NCBI GenBank assembly: GCA_963822945.1
Contig: CAWGJO010000024.1
Span: 64,001 to 128,000 of the forward strand
Length of the DNA stretch: 64,000 nt
Source: an uncultured Gemmatimonadaceae bacterium
GTDB lineage: Bacteria; Gemmatimonadota; Gemmatimonadetes; Gemmatimonadales; Gemmatimonadaceae
Direction of reading: 5' to 3'
Shown here piece by piece: positions 54,493 to 64,000 of the stretch. Every line of letters starts with the position of its first letter. Position 1 is the stretch's first letter. Below the pieces are notes generated by a model. It did not search any database, was not told the DNA's origin, and worked only from the letters and a program-made list of their open reading frames with translations. The position numbers were made by a program, and so were the translations under genes.

Positions 54493-57400
54493 TCAGTTGA
54501 ACTTCGCGCCGCGCTTCACCCATTTCTCCAGATCCTTCTCCTTGGGGTTGAGCGGCGTGCCGGGGTGGATGATCGACACCGGGCAGCGCTCGGCCGCAGT
54601 GACGAGTTGCTGATACGTGCCGGCACTCGCGTCCTTCACGTAGGCCTGCTTGTCCGCGTTGTACGCGAACATGCGCTTGTTGAGATTGGTGCATTCGTTG
54701 CAGGTCGTGCAGCGCACCGAGTCGATGTAGGCTTCGAGCGCCAGTTCCCCGTCGTCGTCGTCTTCCACGGCCACGGTGGCCGTACCCGCCGCCACCGGCG
54801 CCGTGGGGGCCGAGGCCGTGGCGGGTTCCGCCGCGGGAGCGGGCGCAGGCGGCGGCGGTGCGGCGTCGACCGGCGCGGGGGCCGCAGCGACCGCGCTCCC
54901 CGCTCCGTTGCCGTTGCTCACCACCGCCGGCAGCGACGCCAGCAGTTCGCCGATTGCCGACCCGCCGCCGTGCCGCATCAGCCCTTCGGCCAGGCGGCGG
55001 GCGATCTGCGGCGGATAGCTGGCTTTGAGTTCGTCGATCCTGGCCTCGTATTCGGCGCGTACCGCCGACAGCCTCTGTTCGAACTCGGCGGCCAACGCAT
55101 CGGCCACCGCGTCGTGCACGGTCTGCGGGATCTCGAGACCGGCCAACTGCTTCAGCTGCGACCAGAAGTGCAGCCGCTCCTCGGCCAGGATCACCATCTC
55201 GGCGGAGACGCCGAGGCGGCGGAGCGTCCGGTCCTTGGCGACGGCCAGGATGTACGGCGTGTGGCCGTCGCGCTCCTCCACCGGGAGGGCGACGAATTCC
55301 GCAAACGGCAGCATGTCGTCGGTCCATGCGTCCGGCGGGAGTTCGGTGAAGTGCTGCTTGAACCGCGTCTCGGTGGCGGCCCAGTCGGCGATCGTGAGCG
55401 GCAGGTCGAGCGTCTGCTCCGCGCCCTCGTCGTCGAGGTACTTCATGGTGTAGGTCGGCCACGTCTCGTCGATGGACGGATTGCCGTCGAGCGTCAGGCA
55501 GTCGGCGAATGCGCCGCCGGCGTCCGGATCGTAGGTCAGGAACGGGAAGGCGCGGCTCTCCAGCGCCAGCCGCGCCGCCTGCTGCGACCAGTCGTCGGCG
55601 AGGCCGTGCTCCACGGGGCACGGCGTGTAGATATTGAACACCGCGGGCCGGCGCTTGTGCAGTCCCTTGAGCACGCCCGCCACGAGATGCGACGCCGAAG
55701 CCTGCGACGACTGGTGCACGTACGCGCCGCGATGGGCGATGGCGAGGAGCGCCAATTCCTTGCGCACTTCGCTCTTGCCGTGCTGCGCCTTGCCGTACGC
55801 CGTCATGTCGGCCACCTGCCCGGTGTAGCCCGAGGTGCAGGCCTGGCCGCCGGTGTTCGAATACACCTGCGTGTCGAGCACCACCACCTTGATCGGCTTC
55901 CCGGAGGCGAGCAGCCGAGAGAGGTTCTGGAATCCGATGTCGAGCATCGCGCCGTCGCCGCCCATCGCGAGGATCGGCGGGCAGAGGGCGAATTCGTCAT
56001 CGGTGAACTGCTTCCACGTGAGCGACCGCAGCGCGGGTTCGTGCGCCGCCGCGTCGTACGTGCCGCCGGCGAGCAGCTCGGCGCGCCGCACCGCGGCCGT
56101 GTCGTCGGCCATCTTGCGCATCTGCGCTTCGAACACGCCGATCGCGATCGACGGCGCGTCCTGGAACAGGTGGTTGGCCCACGGGAACGGATACGGATTG
56201 TACGGCCAGGTGCTCGCCCACACCGACGAGCAGCCGGTGCTGTTGGCCATGCCCATGCGGCGCACGCCCCTCGCCGCTCGGCCCCTCGACATAACGCCAC
56301 CTGAGATCGCGCAACGCGTGGAGCGAGTCGTTGATCCGGGCCAGCCGCTCGTGCTTGGCGGCGTCCACCGGCACGCTCACCGCGGCACCCGCCTTGGCGG
56401 CCGCATCGAGATCGGCCCCCGAGGCGAGCAGCTCGCGCGCCTGCGCGTCGAGGGTCTCGATGAGTCCGTCGAGCTTGGCCACCTGCGCGGCCACGCGCGG
56501 CTGCATGGACGCGTGGATGGAGGAGACGATCAGATGGACGGCCGTCTTCTCCCCGCACCCCATGCAGGCCCCGTCGCCGCCCACCATCGAGCGGTAGTTC
56601 TGCTTCCGCAGGAGCAGCGACGACAGCACCCCGATCCCCTCGTCCACGTCCGAGACGTTGACGAACCGGTCGGCGGTATCGGGCAGTTGCTCCCACAGCG
56701 TCCAGTTCCTGCGCAGCCGTTCGAGCGCCGGCTCGTCCTGCTTGATCGTCACCAGCGCGCCGTCGGGACAGGCCGCGACACAGAGGTTGCAGCCCTTGCA
56801 CGCTTCCGGATTGACGGTGATCGAGAGCAGCCCGCCGCCGCCCTTTTCCCGCGCTTCGACGGCGTCGAAGAACGGCTTGGTGCGCGCCAGCGGGAACGCT
56901 GCCAGGCGCTCCTGGATGATCGCGAACTCGCGGTCGGTCTCGGCGCGGCGGTCGGGCTCCCAGCCCATCTTGTCGGCCACCGTCGTGTAGCCGGCGGCGA
57001 ACGCCGCGGGCACGGAAAGCGATGCGTCCTTGGTGAGTTGCCGGTGCGTCTCGCGTGCCCAGTGCTTCGTGATCGGGCGCAACCGGTCGAACGTCACGCC
57101 GTTGCTCGACACGTCCATGGCCGTGGACAGCAGGTCCTCCTCGCTGTTCACGAGACCGGGGATGGCCGAGTCGGGGCACTGCGTCCAGCACTGGGCGCAC
57201 CCGGTGCACTTCTCGGCGACGAACTCCGGGACTTCCAGGCGCACACCGCTCATGTCGCGCACGGCGCCCGTGGCGGCCGGCATCGCGCTGATCGCGGCGA
57301 ACGGATCGGCAATCCCGTCCTGGCCCAGGGCGCACAGCGTGCACACCTGCTCCCAGAACCGGCCCGGGTTGCCGACGCCCTGCTCGGCCGCCGGCACGTC

Positions 57401-59572
57401 GAGCAGCGACGGAATGTGCGGCACCGTGCCGGCCTCTTCGTGCGTCTCGATCTCGACCGCCTTCACGGGCAGCACCTGATCGAAGCCGCGGCGGATCACG
57501 CGGAGGTTGTCCTCCACCACGGTCGCGCCGCGGTGGCCGAACTTCTTCTGGAACTGCTTGCGGACGCCCTCGAATACCTTCGCTTCGGACGACCCCTCGG
57601 CCGCGATCAGGCTCGACGTGCGGAAGAAGGCACCGAGGAACGCCGCCCCCTGCATGCGATACCGCATCTCGACGTCGGAGGCCTCTTCGCGCGCGATCGC
57701 GAAGGCATCGAGCACGAACAGTTTGATGTGCCGCTCGATGATCGACGACCGGACGCGCGTGGGCAGCGTGCCCCAGAACTCGTCGGGCGGGAGGTCGCTC
57801 TGGATCACGAACACGCCGCCGTCGGCCAATCCGGCCAGCGGATCGCTGTGGCGGAACACGTTCGGGTCGGGCGACAGCACCACGTCCACGTGCTTGAGTT
57901 CGCAGTTGAGCAGAATGGGGTCGTGGGCCAGCACGGCGTAGAACGTGGTGGGCTGCCCCTTCTTCTCCGAGCCGTATTTCGGGTTGGCCTTGATCTGAAG
58001 CCCGAACAACTCGAACGCCGTCATCGCCAGGTTCTTACCCATGGTGATGGCGCCCCACCCGCCCACGGAGTGAATGCGCACCGCGGTCGAGCCCTTGGGC
58101 AGCAGGTTGGGTACGGTCGCCGGCGCGAGCGCCATCTCTGCCAGGTGCGGGTACGCGTCGACCAGCTTCTCCTGCCAGATCTGGAGCTTGGGAATGCGCG
58201 TGCCTTCGCGTACGAACTCGACGCCCAGGTAGAACTGGCGCCGCTGGGCTCCCTCCGGCAGCATGTTGTTCACCGCCGCCACGAGGTCCCCGGGCTGCAG
58301 GTCGCGGCTTCCGAGACCGAAGCATCCGGAGTAGAAGTCGGGCACCTGCTCGGAGTGGAGCGCCGGAATGCCGGCGTGCGGCGCATGAGCGCCGTGCGCG
58401 CGCCCGTTCTCCACGGCCTTGGCCATGGCGGCGCGGATCTCGCGCAGCATCGGCGGATCCACGGCCAGGGGCTGGTCGAGCCGCTCCAGGACCACGACGC
58501 CGCGCTTGCCCGCCAGGAGGCCGGCCACGAGATCGGCCGGGAATGGACGGAACATCGTGAGATTGAGGACGCCGACCTTGAGACCGCGCGCCTCACGCAG
58601 ATAGTCGGCCACCGCCATCGCATTCGGAACGACGGAGCCCTGCCCCACGATCGCCCATTCGGCGTCGTCCAGCCGGTACCCGCTGGCCCGCGCGTAGCGG
58701 CGGCCGGTGAGCGCGGCGTATTCGTCGAACGCCTGGTCGGCGAGCGTCACGATATGGTCGAAGTAGAACGGGCGCTGGGCGGCCACGCCCTGGGCGTAGC
58801 TGTCCTGGTTCTGCACCACGCCGAGCATCGCCGGATAGTCCAGGTCGAACATTTCCGGAATGCGGCGCCGGATCTCGCCGAACACCATGCGTTGGGCCGG
58901 CGTGGGGGACTCGATGCGGTCCGACGGATCGCCGAGGTAGGCCTTGACCAGCGCCGGCTCGGGAATCCGCGCGCTCTCGATCACGTGGCTGGTGAGAAAG
59001 CCGTCCTGCGCGCAGATGCCCGGATTGAGCGACAGCTCGGCGATCCGGTGCGCGACGAGATTCAGGTCGGCCGCTTCCTGCACGTCCTTGGCGAACATCT
59101 GGAAGAAGCCGGTATCGTCCACGGCATGGTAGTCGTCGTGGCCGGCGTGCACGTTGAGCGCGTGCTTGGTCATCGCCCGCGCAGCGACGTTGAGCACGTA
59201 GGTCAGCCGCTTGCCGACCGCGGCGTACAACGACTCGTGCATGTAGGCGATGCCCTGCCCGCTCGAGAAGTTGGTGGCGCGGAGTCCGGACATCGACATT
59301 CCGGCCGTGACCGCCGCGGCCGCGTGTTCCCCTTCAGGCTCGAAGAACAGCAGGCGCCGGCCGTTCACGTTCTCCTTGCCCTCTGCCACCGCCGCCGCCC
59401 AGCCTTCCCCCATCTGCGTGGAGGGAGTGATCGGGTACGCGCCCGCCGCTTCGCCGGCCGCCGTTTCCATGGCCACCACCGCCGCGCTGCCATCCAGCGC
59501 GCGCGGGATGCCGGGGTACGGCGGCGAAGTCGTCTCGCCCGACGTGGGCTTGCCCTTGGTCCAGAGTTTCAT
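54493..59572 (-). CDS. Large (~1690 aa) pyruvate:ferredoxin oxidoreductase-like protein with C-terminal ferredoxin domain (one extra base near 56259)
   Basis: YPITP, VAAR, QDGFLTSH, CTGCAQCWTQCP/CKGCNLCVAACP, ACMGCGE, NSTGCSS, GGDG..YSNTGGQ, C-terminal CTTCNEC..CP. Confidence 0.9.
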
Positions 59573-60423
59573 GCTGCCTCGCTCCCGACGGTCTCCGGCA
59601 CGCGAGCGAACTGCGCACCGTTCAGCCAGACGATTGCGCCGGTCGGGCACCGCTCGATAGCGCGATGCTCGGCCTGCGTGATGCGTTCGTAGTCCACCAC
59701 CGCCACGCCGCTGTCGATGCTGATCAATCCTTCCGCGGCGTCCAGCACGCACTTCCCGCACGCCGTGCAGGCCACGCGGCACTGCTCCAGCGCGTCATCC
59801 CCGTTGATCAGGTTCCGGCACTGCACCAGCAGGTGCGCATCCAGCGGCAGGATCGTGAACAGCCCCTTGGGACAGGCGTCCACGCAGTCACCGCACGCGG
59901 TGCAACGGGCGAGGTCCACCACCGGCAGGCCCGTGTCGCTCATCTGAATGGCGTCGAAGGTGCACGACACCGCGCAGTCGGCGAGACCCAGGCATCCCCA
60001 GGCGCATCCCTTGGCGCCGCCGGCCACCGACGCGGCCGCGGCGCACGTGGGAAGCCCGCGGTACTCGGCCTGGCTCACGGCCACGTCGGTGCCGCCGGCG
60101 CAGAGCAACCGCGCCACGCGGCGCGAGGCGTTGCCCGCATCCACGCCGAGGAAGTCGGCGATCTGCTTGTGCACCGAGTCGCTGGCCACCGTGCACTCCG
60201 ATGGCGCGATCTTGCCGTCCACGGCGCCCTCGGCGAACGCCCGGCAGCCGGGATGCCCGCAGGCGCCGCAATTGGCGTTGGGGAGCATCTGCGAGACGAT
60301 CTCGATGCGGGGATCCTCCCACACCCAGAGTTGCTTGTTGGCGAGGGCGATGAAGACGCCGAACACCAATCCGACCCCACCCAGGACCATGATCGCATGG
60401 AGGGTCACCGTCAGCGCGCTCAC
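59569..60423 (-). CDS. rnfB: Rnf complex subunit B
   Basis: N-terminal TM, LPNANCGACGHPGC, CAWGCLGLADC, CTACGDCVDACP, CTACGKC. Confidence 0.92.
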   Translation of the reverse strand: MSALTVTLHAIMVLGGVGLVFGVFIALANKQLWVWEDPRIEIVSQMLPNANCGACGHPGCRAFAEGAVDGKIAPSECTVASDSVHKQIADFLGVDAGNASRRVARLLCAGGTDVAVSQAEYRGLPTCAAAASVAGGAKGCAWGCLGLADCAVSCTFDAIQMSDTGLPVVDLARCTACGDCVDACPKGLFTILPLDAHLLVQCRNLINGDDALEQCRVACTACGKCVLDAAEGLISIDSGVAVVDYERITQAEHRAIERCPTGAIVWLNGAQFARVPETVGSEAA

Positions 60424-60424
60424 G

Positions 60425-61429
60425 TTACGCCTTCCCCTGCAGGCCGGATTCGGTGAGCAGCCACGACGCGATGCGCTCGACCGCATCGGACGCCCCGACC
60501 GCCGGGGCGCCGGCGCCGGCCGGCGTGGGCACGGCGAACGGCGTGCGGGCGATGTCGGCCAGCAGCTTCAGGTCCTCGCCCATCTGAAAGGCGCTCAGCC
60601 CGCGGACGGCGCGCTTCGGCGCCTCCGGCAGGTGCTGCACGGTGAGCCGCTGCCAGGGTTCGCGTCCGGCGAGCGGATCGTGCATGAACGTCGCCGAGCC
60701 CTCGGGCATCATGGCGGCGATCGCCGGTCCATCGAAGGCCGCCGCCCGGTCGAGGCCGGATCCGTCGGTGGTCTGGAGCACGAAGGCGCCGGGCGTGATG
60801 CACCGCGCCAGCGGAGCCGGCGCGCTCGGTCCGCGCACCACGAGCACCAACTTCTCGCGCCCGTCGGCGAAGTCGGTCAGCGCGCCGGCGTGTACGTCCG
60901 CCCCGTCCACCTCGATCACCAACGGCGGGGCGAACCGCCGCTCGGTCTTCGTCCAGCGGTGGAACTCCACGGGGTCGAGGAGGCGGTCGTGGTCGGCGGC
61001 CACGTACCGGCCGCCGCGCGCCAACTCCGTCAGCATCACGGCGCCGAACGCCAGGCCCGCCGCGCTCAACGCCGCATCCACCACGCTCGCCAGCCGCCCA
61101 CCCGGCGGCACGTCGGCAACGAACAGGTCGTTGCCGCGCGCCGCCACGCCTCGAAGCACGTCGGCGGCGCGATGGAGGGCCGCCACCGCGGCATCGTCCA
61201 CGCGGCGGGCCTTCGGGAAGAGGGCAGCGAACGCGGCCGCGTCCACGCGTCCGTCGGCGAATTCGCCGAGTGCCGACCGTGCGCCGGCGGCCGCCACTTC
61301 GGTCGTGGCGGCCCGGGCCGCGAGAAAGTCCTCGGCCTGGGCCAGCGCGCCATCCACCAGCGTGCGAAATTCGGCAATCGGCTGCGCCAGCGCCGTGAGC
61401 GCCTGGGCCGTGCGGGGATCAGACGGCAT
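60425..61429 (-). CDS. Hypothetical protein: degenerate paralogue of the PFOR TPP-binding (beta) domain
   Basis: Collinear by-eye alignment to the downstream PFOR C-terminal region; no GDG..N motif, only one Cys. Confidence 0.75.
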   Translation of the reverse strand: MPSDPRTAQALTALAQPIAEFRTLVDGALAQAEDFLAARAATTEVAAAGARSALGEFADGRVDAAAFAALFPKARRVDDAAVAALHRAADVLRGVAARGNDLFVADVPPGGRLASVVDAALSAAGLAFGAVMLTELARGGRYVAADHDRLLDPVEFHRWTKTERRFAPPLVIEVDGADVHAGALTDFADGREKLVLVVRGPSAPAPLARCITPGAFVLQTTDGSGLDRAAAFDGPAIAAMMPEGSATFMHDPLAGREPWQRLTVQHLPEAPKRAVRGLSAFQMGEDLKLLADIARTPFAVPTPAGAGAPAVGASDAVERIASWLLTESGLQGKA

Positions 61430-62375
61430 AACGGTCGAGCTCCGCGTCGATGAGGGCCACCCGCTCCGCGGCCGTGCGCGGCGGTACGCGCCGCGTCTCC
61501 TCGTAGCGGGGTTTGGAATCGTCCCGGAAGAACACGCCGAGATTCACGCGGTCGGTGTCGCCGGCCATGCGCCGGGCAGCGTCGAGGTCGTGCACGTCGT
61601 GCCCCACCTGGTTCTGATAGAGCTTCGCCAACTCGGGCACTACGACGCCGTCGTCGTGCACGAGCATGTTGATGTTCGATGGATCCTGCACCGCCTTCAG
61701 ATAGATGGCGCTGGAGTAAATCGGGCAGCGCTGCAGGATGCGCACGAAGCTGAGTCCCCGATGCTGCCGCGCCGCGCGAAGTGTCGCGTACAGGTGGGCG
61801 GGCACCCACTCGGCCGTCTGGGCGACGAACGAGGCGTTGGTGACGCCGAGCGCCACCTGCAATGGGTTCAGCGCCGGAAGCCAGCTGCCACGCGGCTGCG
61901 TATTGCTGGGAAATCCCTGCGGCGTGGTGGGCGACGTCTGCTGCTTGGTGAGTCCGTAGATGCCGTTGTCCAGCAGCAGCACGGTCAGATCGAGATTGTA
62001 GCGCAGCGCGTGCACCCAGTGGCCGGCGCCGATCGAGGTGCAATCGCCGTCGCCCATCACCACGAAGATGTTGAGGTCGGGACGCTGCAGCCGGATGCCC
62101 GTGGCCACGGGCAGCGCGCGGCCGTGGATGCCGTGGAAGCCGTAGGTCTTCAGATAATGCGGGAACCGGCTCGAGCATCCGATGCCGGACACGAACACCG
62201 TGTTCTCCGGCGTCAGCTGCTCGGCGGCCAGCAGCCGCTCGACCGCCGTGAGGATCGAGTGGTCGCCGCAGCCGGGACACCAGCGGGCACGCGCCCCTTC
62301 GTAGTCGTTGATCTCGTACTCGTAGTCTTCCGCGTTCAGTTCGAGCACGGGAAGATGACAGTGGGTCATCGTCAT
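61419..62375 (-). CDS. korB: 2-oxoacid:ferredoxin oxidoreductase beta subunit (KorB-like)
   Basis: WCPGCGD, SGIGCS, HGIHGR, GDGD, DNGIYGLTK.Q.SPTT, QRCP. Confidence 0.92.
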   Translation of the reverse strand: MTMTHCHLPVLELNAEDYEYEINDYEGARARWCPGCGDHSILTAVERLLAAEQLTPENTVFVSGIGCSSRFPHYLKTYGFHGIHGRALPVATGIRLQRPDLNIFVVMGDGDCTSIGAGHWVHALRYNLDLTVLLLDNGIYGLTKQQTSPTTPQGFPSNTQPRGSWLPALNPLQVALGVTNASFVAQTAEWVPAHLYATLRAARQHRGLSFVRILQRCPIYSSAIYLKAVQDPSNINMLVHDDGVVVPELAKLYQNQVGHDVHDLDAARRMAGDTDRVNLGVFFRDDSKPRYEETRRVPPRTAAERVALIDAELDRYAV

Positions 62376-64000
62376 GAGGCGCGTCCTCCGCGCGGCATGT
62401 GGCCGCGGATGGCGTCGGCGATCGCGCCGGGACGCAGTGGCTCGCCCGGTACGCGTGTCCAGCAGTCGACGTCCACGAGCGTCGCGTTGCGCAGCAGGAT
62501 GCTGAGCTGCCCGCGCCGCCGGTTCTCTTCGGTGATGTACGGATCGCCGGGTTCGTCGCTGTAGTTGATCTCCACCGTCATCACCTTCTTGAAGCGGCGG
62601 AAGATGTCGCGGAGCCCCGGTTCGAGCGGGGAGAGGAATCGCAGGTGCAGCGACGAGACCTTGAGGCCTTCGGCGCGCGCGCGATCCACGGCTTCCTCGA
62701 TCGCACCCTTCGTGCTCCCCCAGCCGACGATGAGCAGGTCGCCCTTCGCATCGCCGTACACCGCCGGCGGCTGCAGCAGGCTCTGCAGTACGGCGAGCTT
62801 GCGGCTCCGCATCGACGACGAACGTTGATGCACGCCCGAGCTGTACGCCACCTTGCTGCCCTCGTCGTGCGAGAGCCCGGTGACGGTGTGCATGCCGCCG
62901 GCCTGGCCGGGCACCACCCGGGTGGAGAGCCCCGTCTCCGGATTCCACTGGTAGGGTTTGTGTCCGTCGGGCACCGGGCTCAGGTCCACCGGTTCGGCGA
63001 ACCAGCGCTCGTCGGGCTTGGGCCGTTTGAACGGCGTCACGCCCGTGGCCAGGTTGGCATCGGAGAGGACCATCACCACCGCGCGGAACGTCTCGGCAAT
63101 GCGGCGCGCCGTGATCATCACGTGGAAGCACTCCTCGATCGTCGCCGGCGCGATGATGACGTGCGGAGCGTCGCCCGTCTGGCCGTAGAGCGCGGCCAGC
63201 AGATCCGACTGTTCGACCTTGGTCGGCAGTCCCGTGCTCGGCCCGCCGCGCTGGACCTCGACCACCACCAGCGGCATCTCGGTCATGATCGCCAGGCCGA
63301 GAAATTCCGTCTTGAGCGCGAGTCCCGGCCCCGACGTGATCGTGAAGGCGACCTTGCCCGAATACGACGCGCCGATGGCGACGCCGGCGGCGGCAATCTC
63401 GTCCTCGGCCTGATGCACGATCCCGCCGAAGCGCTCGAACACCTCGCTCAGGTAGTGCGACACCGACGTCGCCGGCGTGATCGGATACATCGCGCACATC
63501 TCCATGCCGGCGGCAATCGCGCCGAGGCCGATCGCCTCGTTGCCGTTCATCACGACGAGCGCGTCATCCGACGGCGCGGGGGCGACCTCGATCCGCAGAT
63601 CGAGATGCTCCTCGGCCCAGGCGTATCCGAGTTTCAGGAGGGCGACGTTCTTTTCGTAGACCTCCTCGCTTTTCTTGCGGAAGGTGTAGGCGATCTGGTC
63701 GCGGATGCGGTCCATGTCGCGATCGTAGACGTACGCCAACAGCCCGAGCGCGAACATGTTCTTGCCCTTGCGTGGATTGTCCACCACGGTCAGGCACTGC
63801 TCCTCCATCGGGACGGGGATGATCCGGTAGTCGCGCGTGGACAACTCCTTCATGGCCTGTTCCCACGCCGCCCGGATCTCCGGGTCCTCGTCGGTCGCCC
63901 ACTTGTTCTCCACCAGCAGCACGGCATCCGGGGCGAGCGCGTCGAGGCGATGCCGGGCCAGCAGCACCTGCTCGTTGAACGCCACGGCGAGTTGCGTCGC
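62372..64000 (-). CDS. korA: 2-oxoacid:ferredoxin oxidoreductase alpha subunit (KorA-like), 5' end outside window
   Basis: GNEAI, YPITPAT, QAEDEIAA, TSGPGL.LK, QRGGPSTGLPT, GWGST. Confidence 0.92.
   Translation of the reverse strand, partial: ATQLAVAFNEQVLLARHRLDALAPDAVLLVENKWATDEDPEIRAAWEQAMKELSTRDYRIIPVPMEEQCLTVVDNPRKGKNMFALGLLAYVYDRDMDRIRDQIAYTFRKKSEEVYEKNVALLKLGYAWAEEHLDLRIEVAPAPSDDALVVMNGNEAIGLGAIAAGMEMCAMYPITPATSVSHYLSEVFERFGGIVHQAEDEIAAAGVAIGASYSGKVAFTITSGPGLALKTEFLGLAIMTEMPLVVVEVQRGGPSTGLPTKVEQSDLLAALYGQTGDAPHVIIAPATIEECFHVMITARRIAETFRAVVMVLSDANLATGVTPFKRPKPDERWFAEPVDLSPVPDGHKPYQWNPETGLSTRVVPGQAGGMHTVTGLSHDEGSKVAYSSGVHQRSSSMRSRKLAVLQSLLQPPAVYGDAKGDLLIVGWGSTKGAIEEAVDRARAEGLKVSSLHLRFLSPLEPGLRDIFRRFKKVMTVEINYSDEPGDPYITEENRRRGQLSILLRNATLVDVDCWTRVPGEPLRPGAIADAIRGHMPRGGRAS

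Noticed and set aside
54780..54920. Low-complexity GC-rich repeat-like DNA
   Set aside because: Encodes the Ala/Pro linker of the PFOR; not a DNA repeat array.

Overview
High-GC bacterial chromosomal window, almost entirely on the minus strand. Gene content and protein style suggest Gemmatimonadota; this is an inference, as there is no rRNA marker. Positions 1-30.6 kb are core metabolism and housekeeping: nuoABCD and partial nuoE, dcd, mdh-sdhCAB, moaDEA, HU, secG-carA, the yicC-gmk-rpoZ-coaBC-udg-dnaB-radA-ispD-tsaC-ptp-aroE-comF-gap-pgk-tpiA string, a plug+beta-barrel outer-membrane protein, pepA and icd. Positions 30.7-37.4 kb are a GntR-led hydroxyproline catabolism operon, followed by a secreted hypothetical and a probable PPi-dependent Pfk. 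Positions 39.6-48.4 kb are an alternative complex III (act) operon with a fused ActD-E, an unannotated twin-arginine-like micro-ORF and two extra c-type cytochromes, but no oxidase. Positions 48.7-64 kb are the most unusual locus: one tightly coupled operon of 2-oxoacid:ferredoxin oxidoreductase alpha/beta, a catalytically dead paralogue of the PFOR TPP domain, rnfB, a ~1690-aa PFOR with a tethered C-terminal ferredoxin, rnfCDGEA, a 49-aa NqrM-like Cys peptide, apbE and a 9-Cys protein. About a dozen short frameshifts in otherwise intact and often essential genes look like long-read sequencing indels rather than pseudogenes. No rRNA, tRNA, CRISPR array or transposase was seen.
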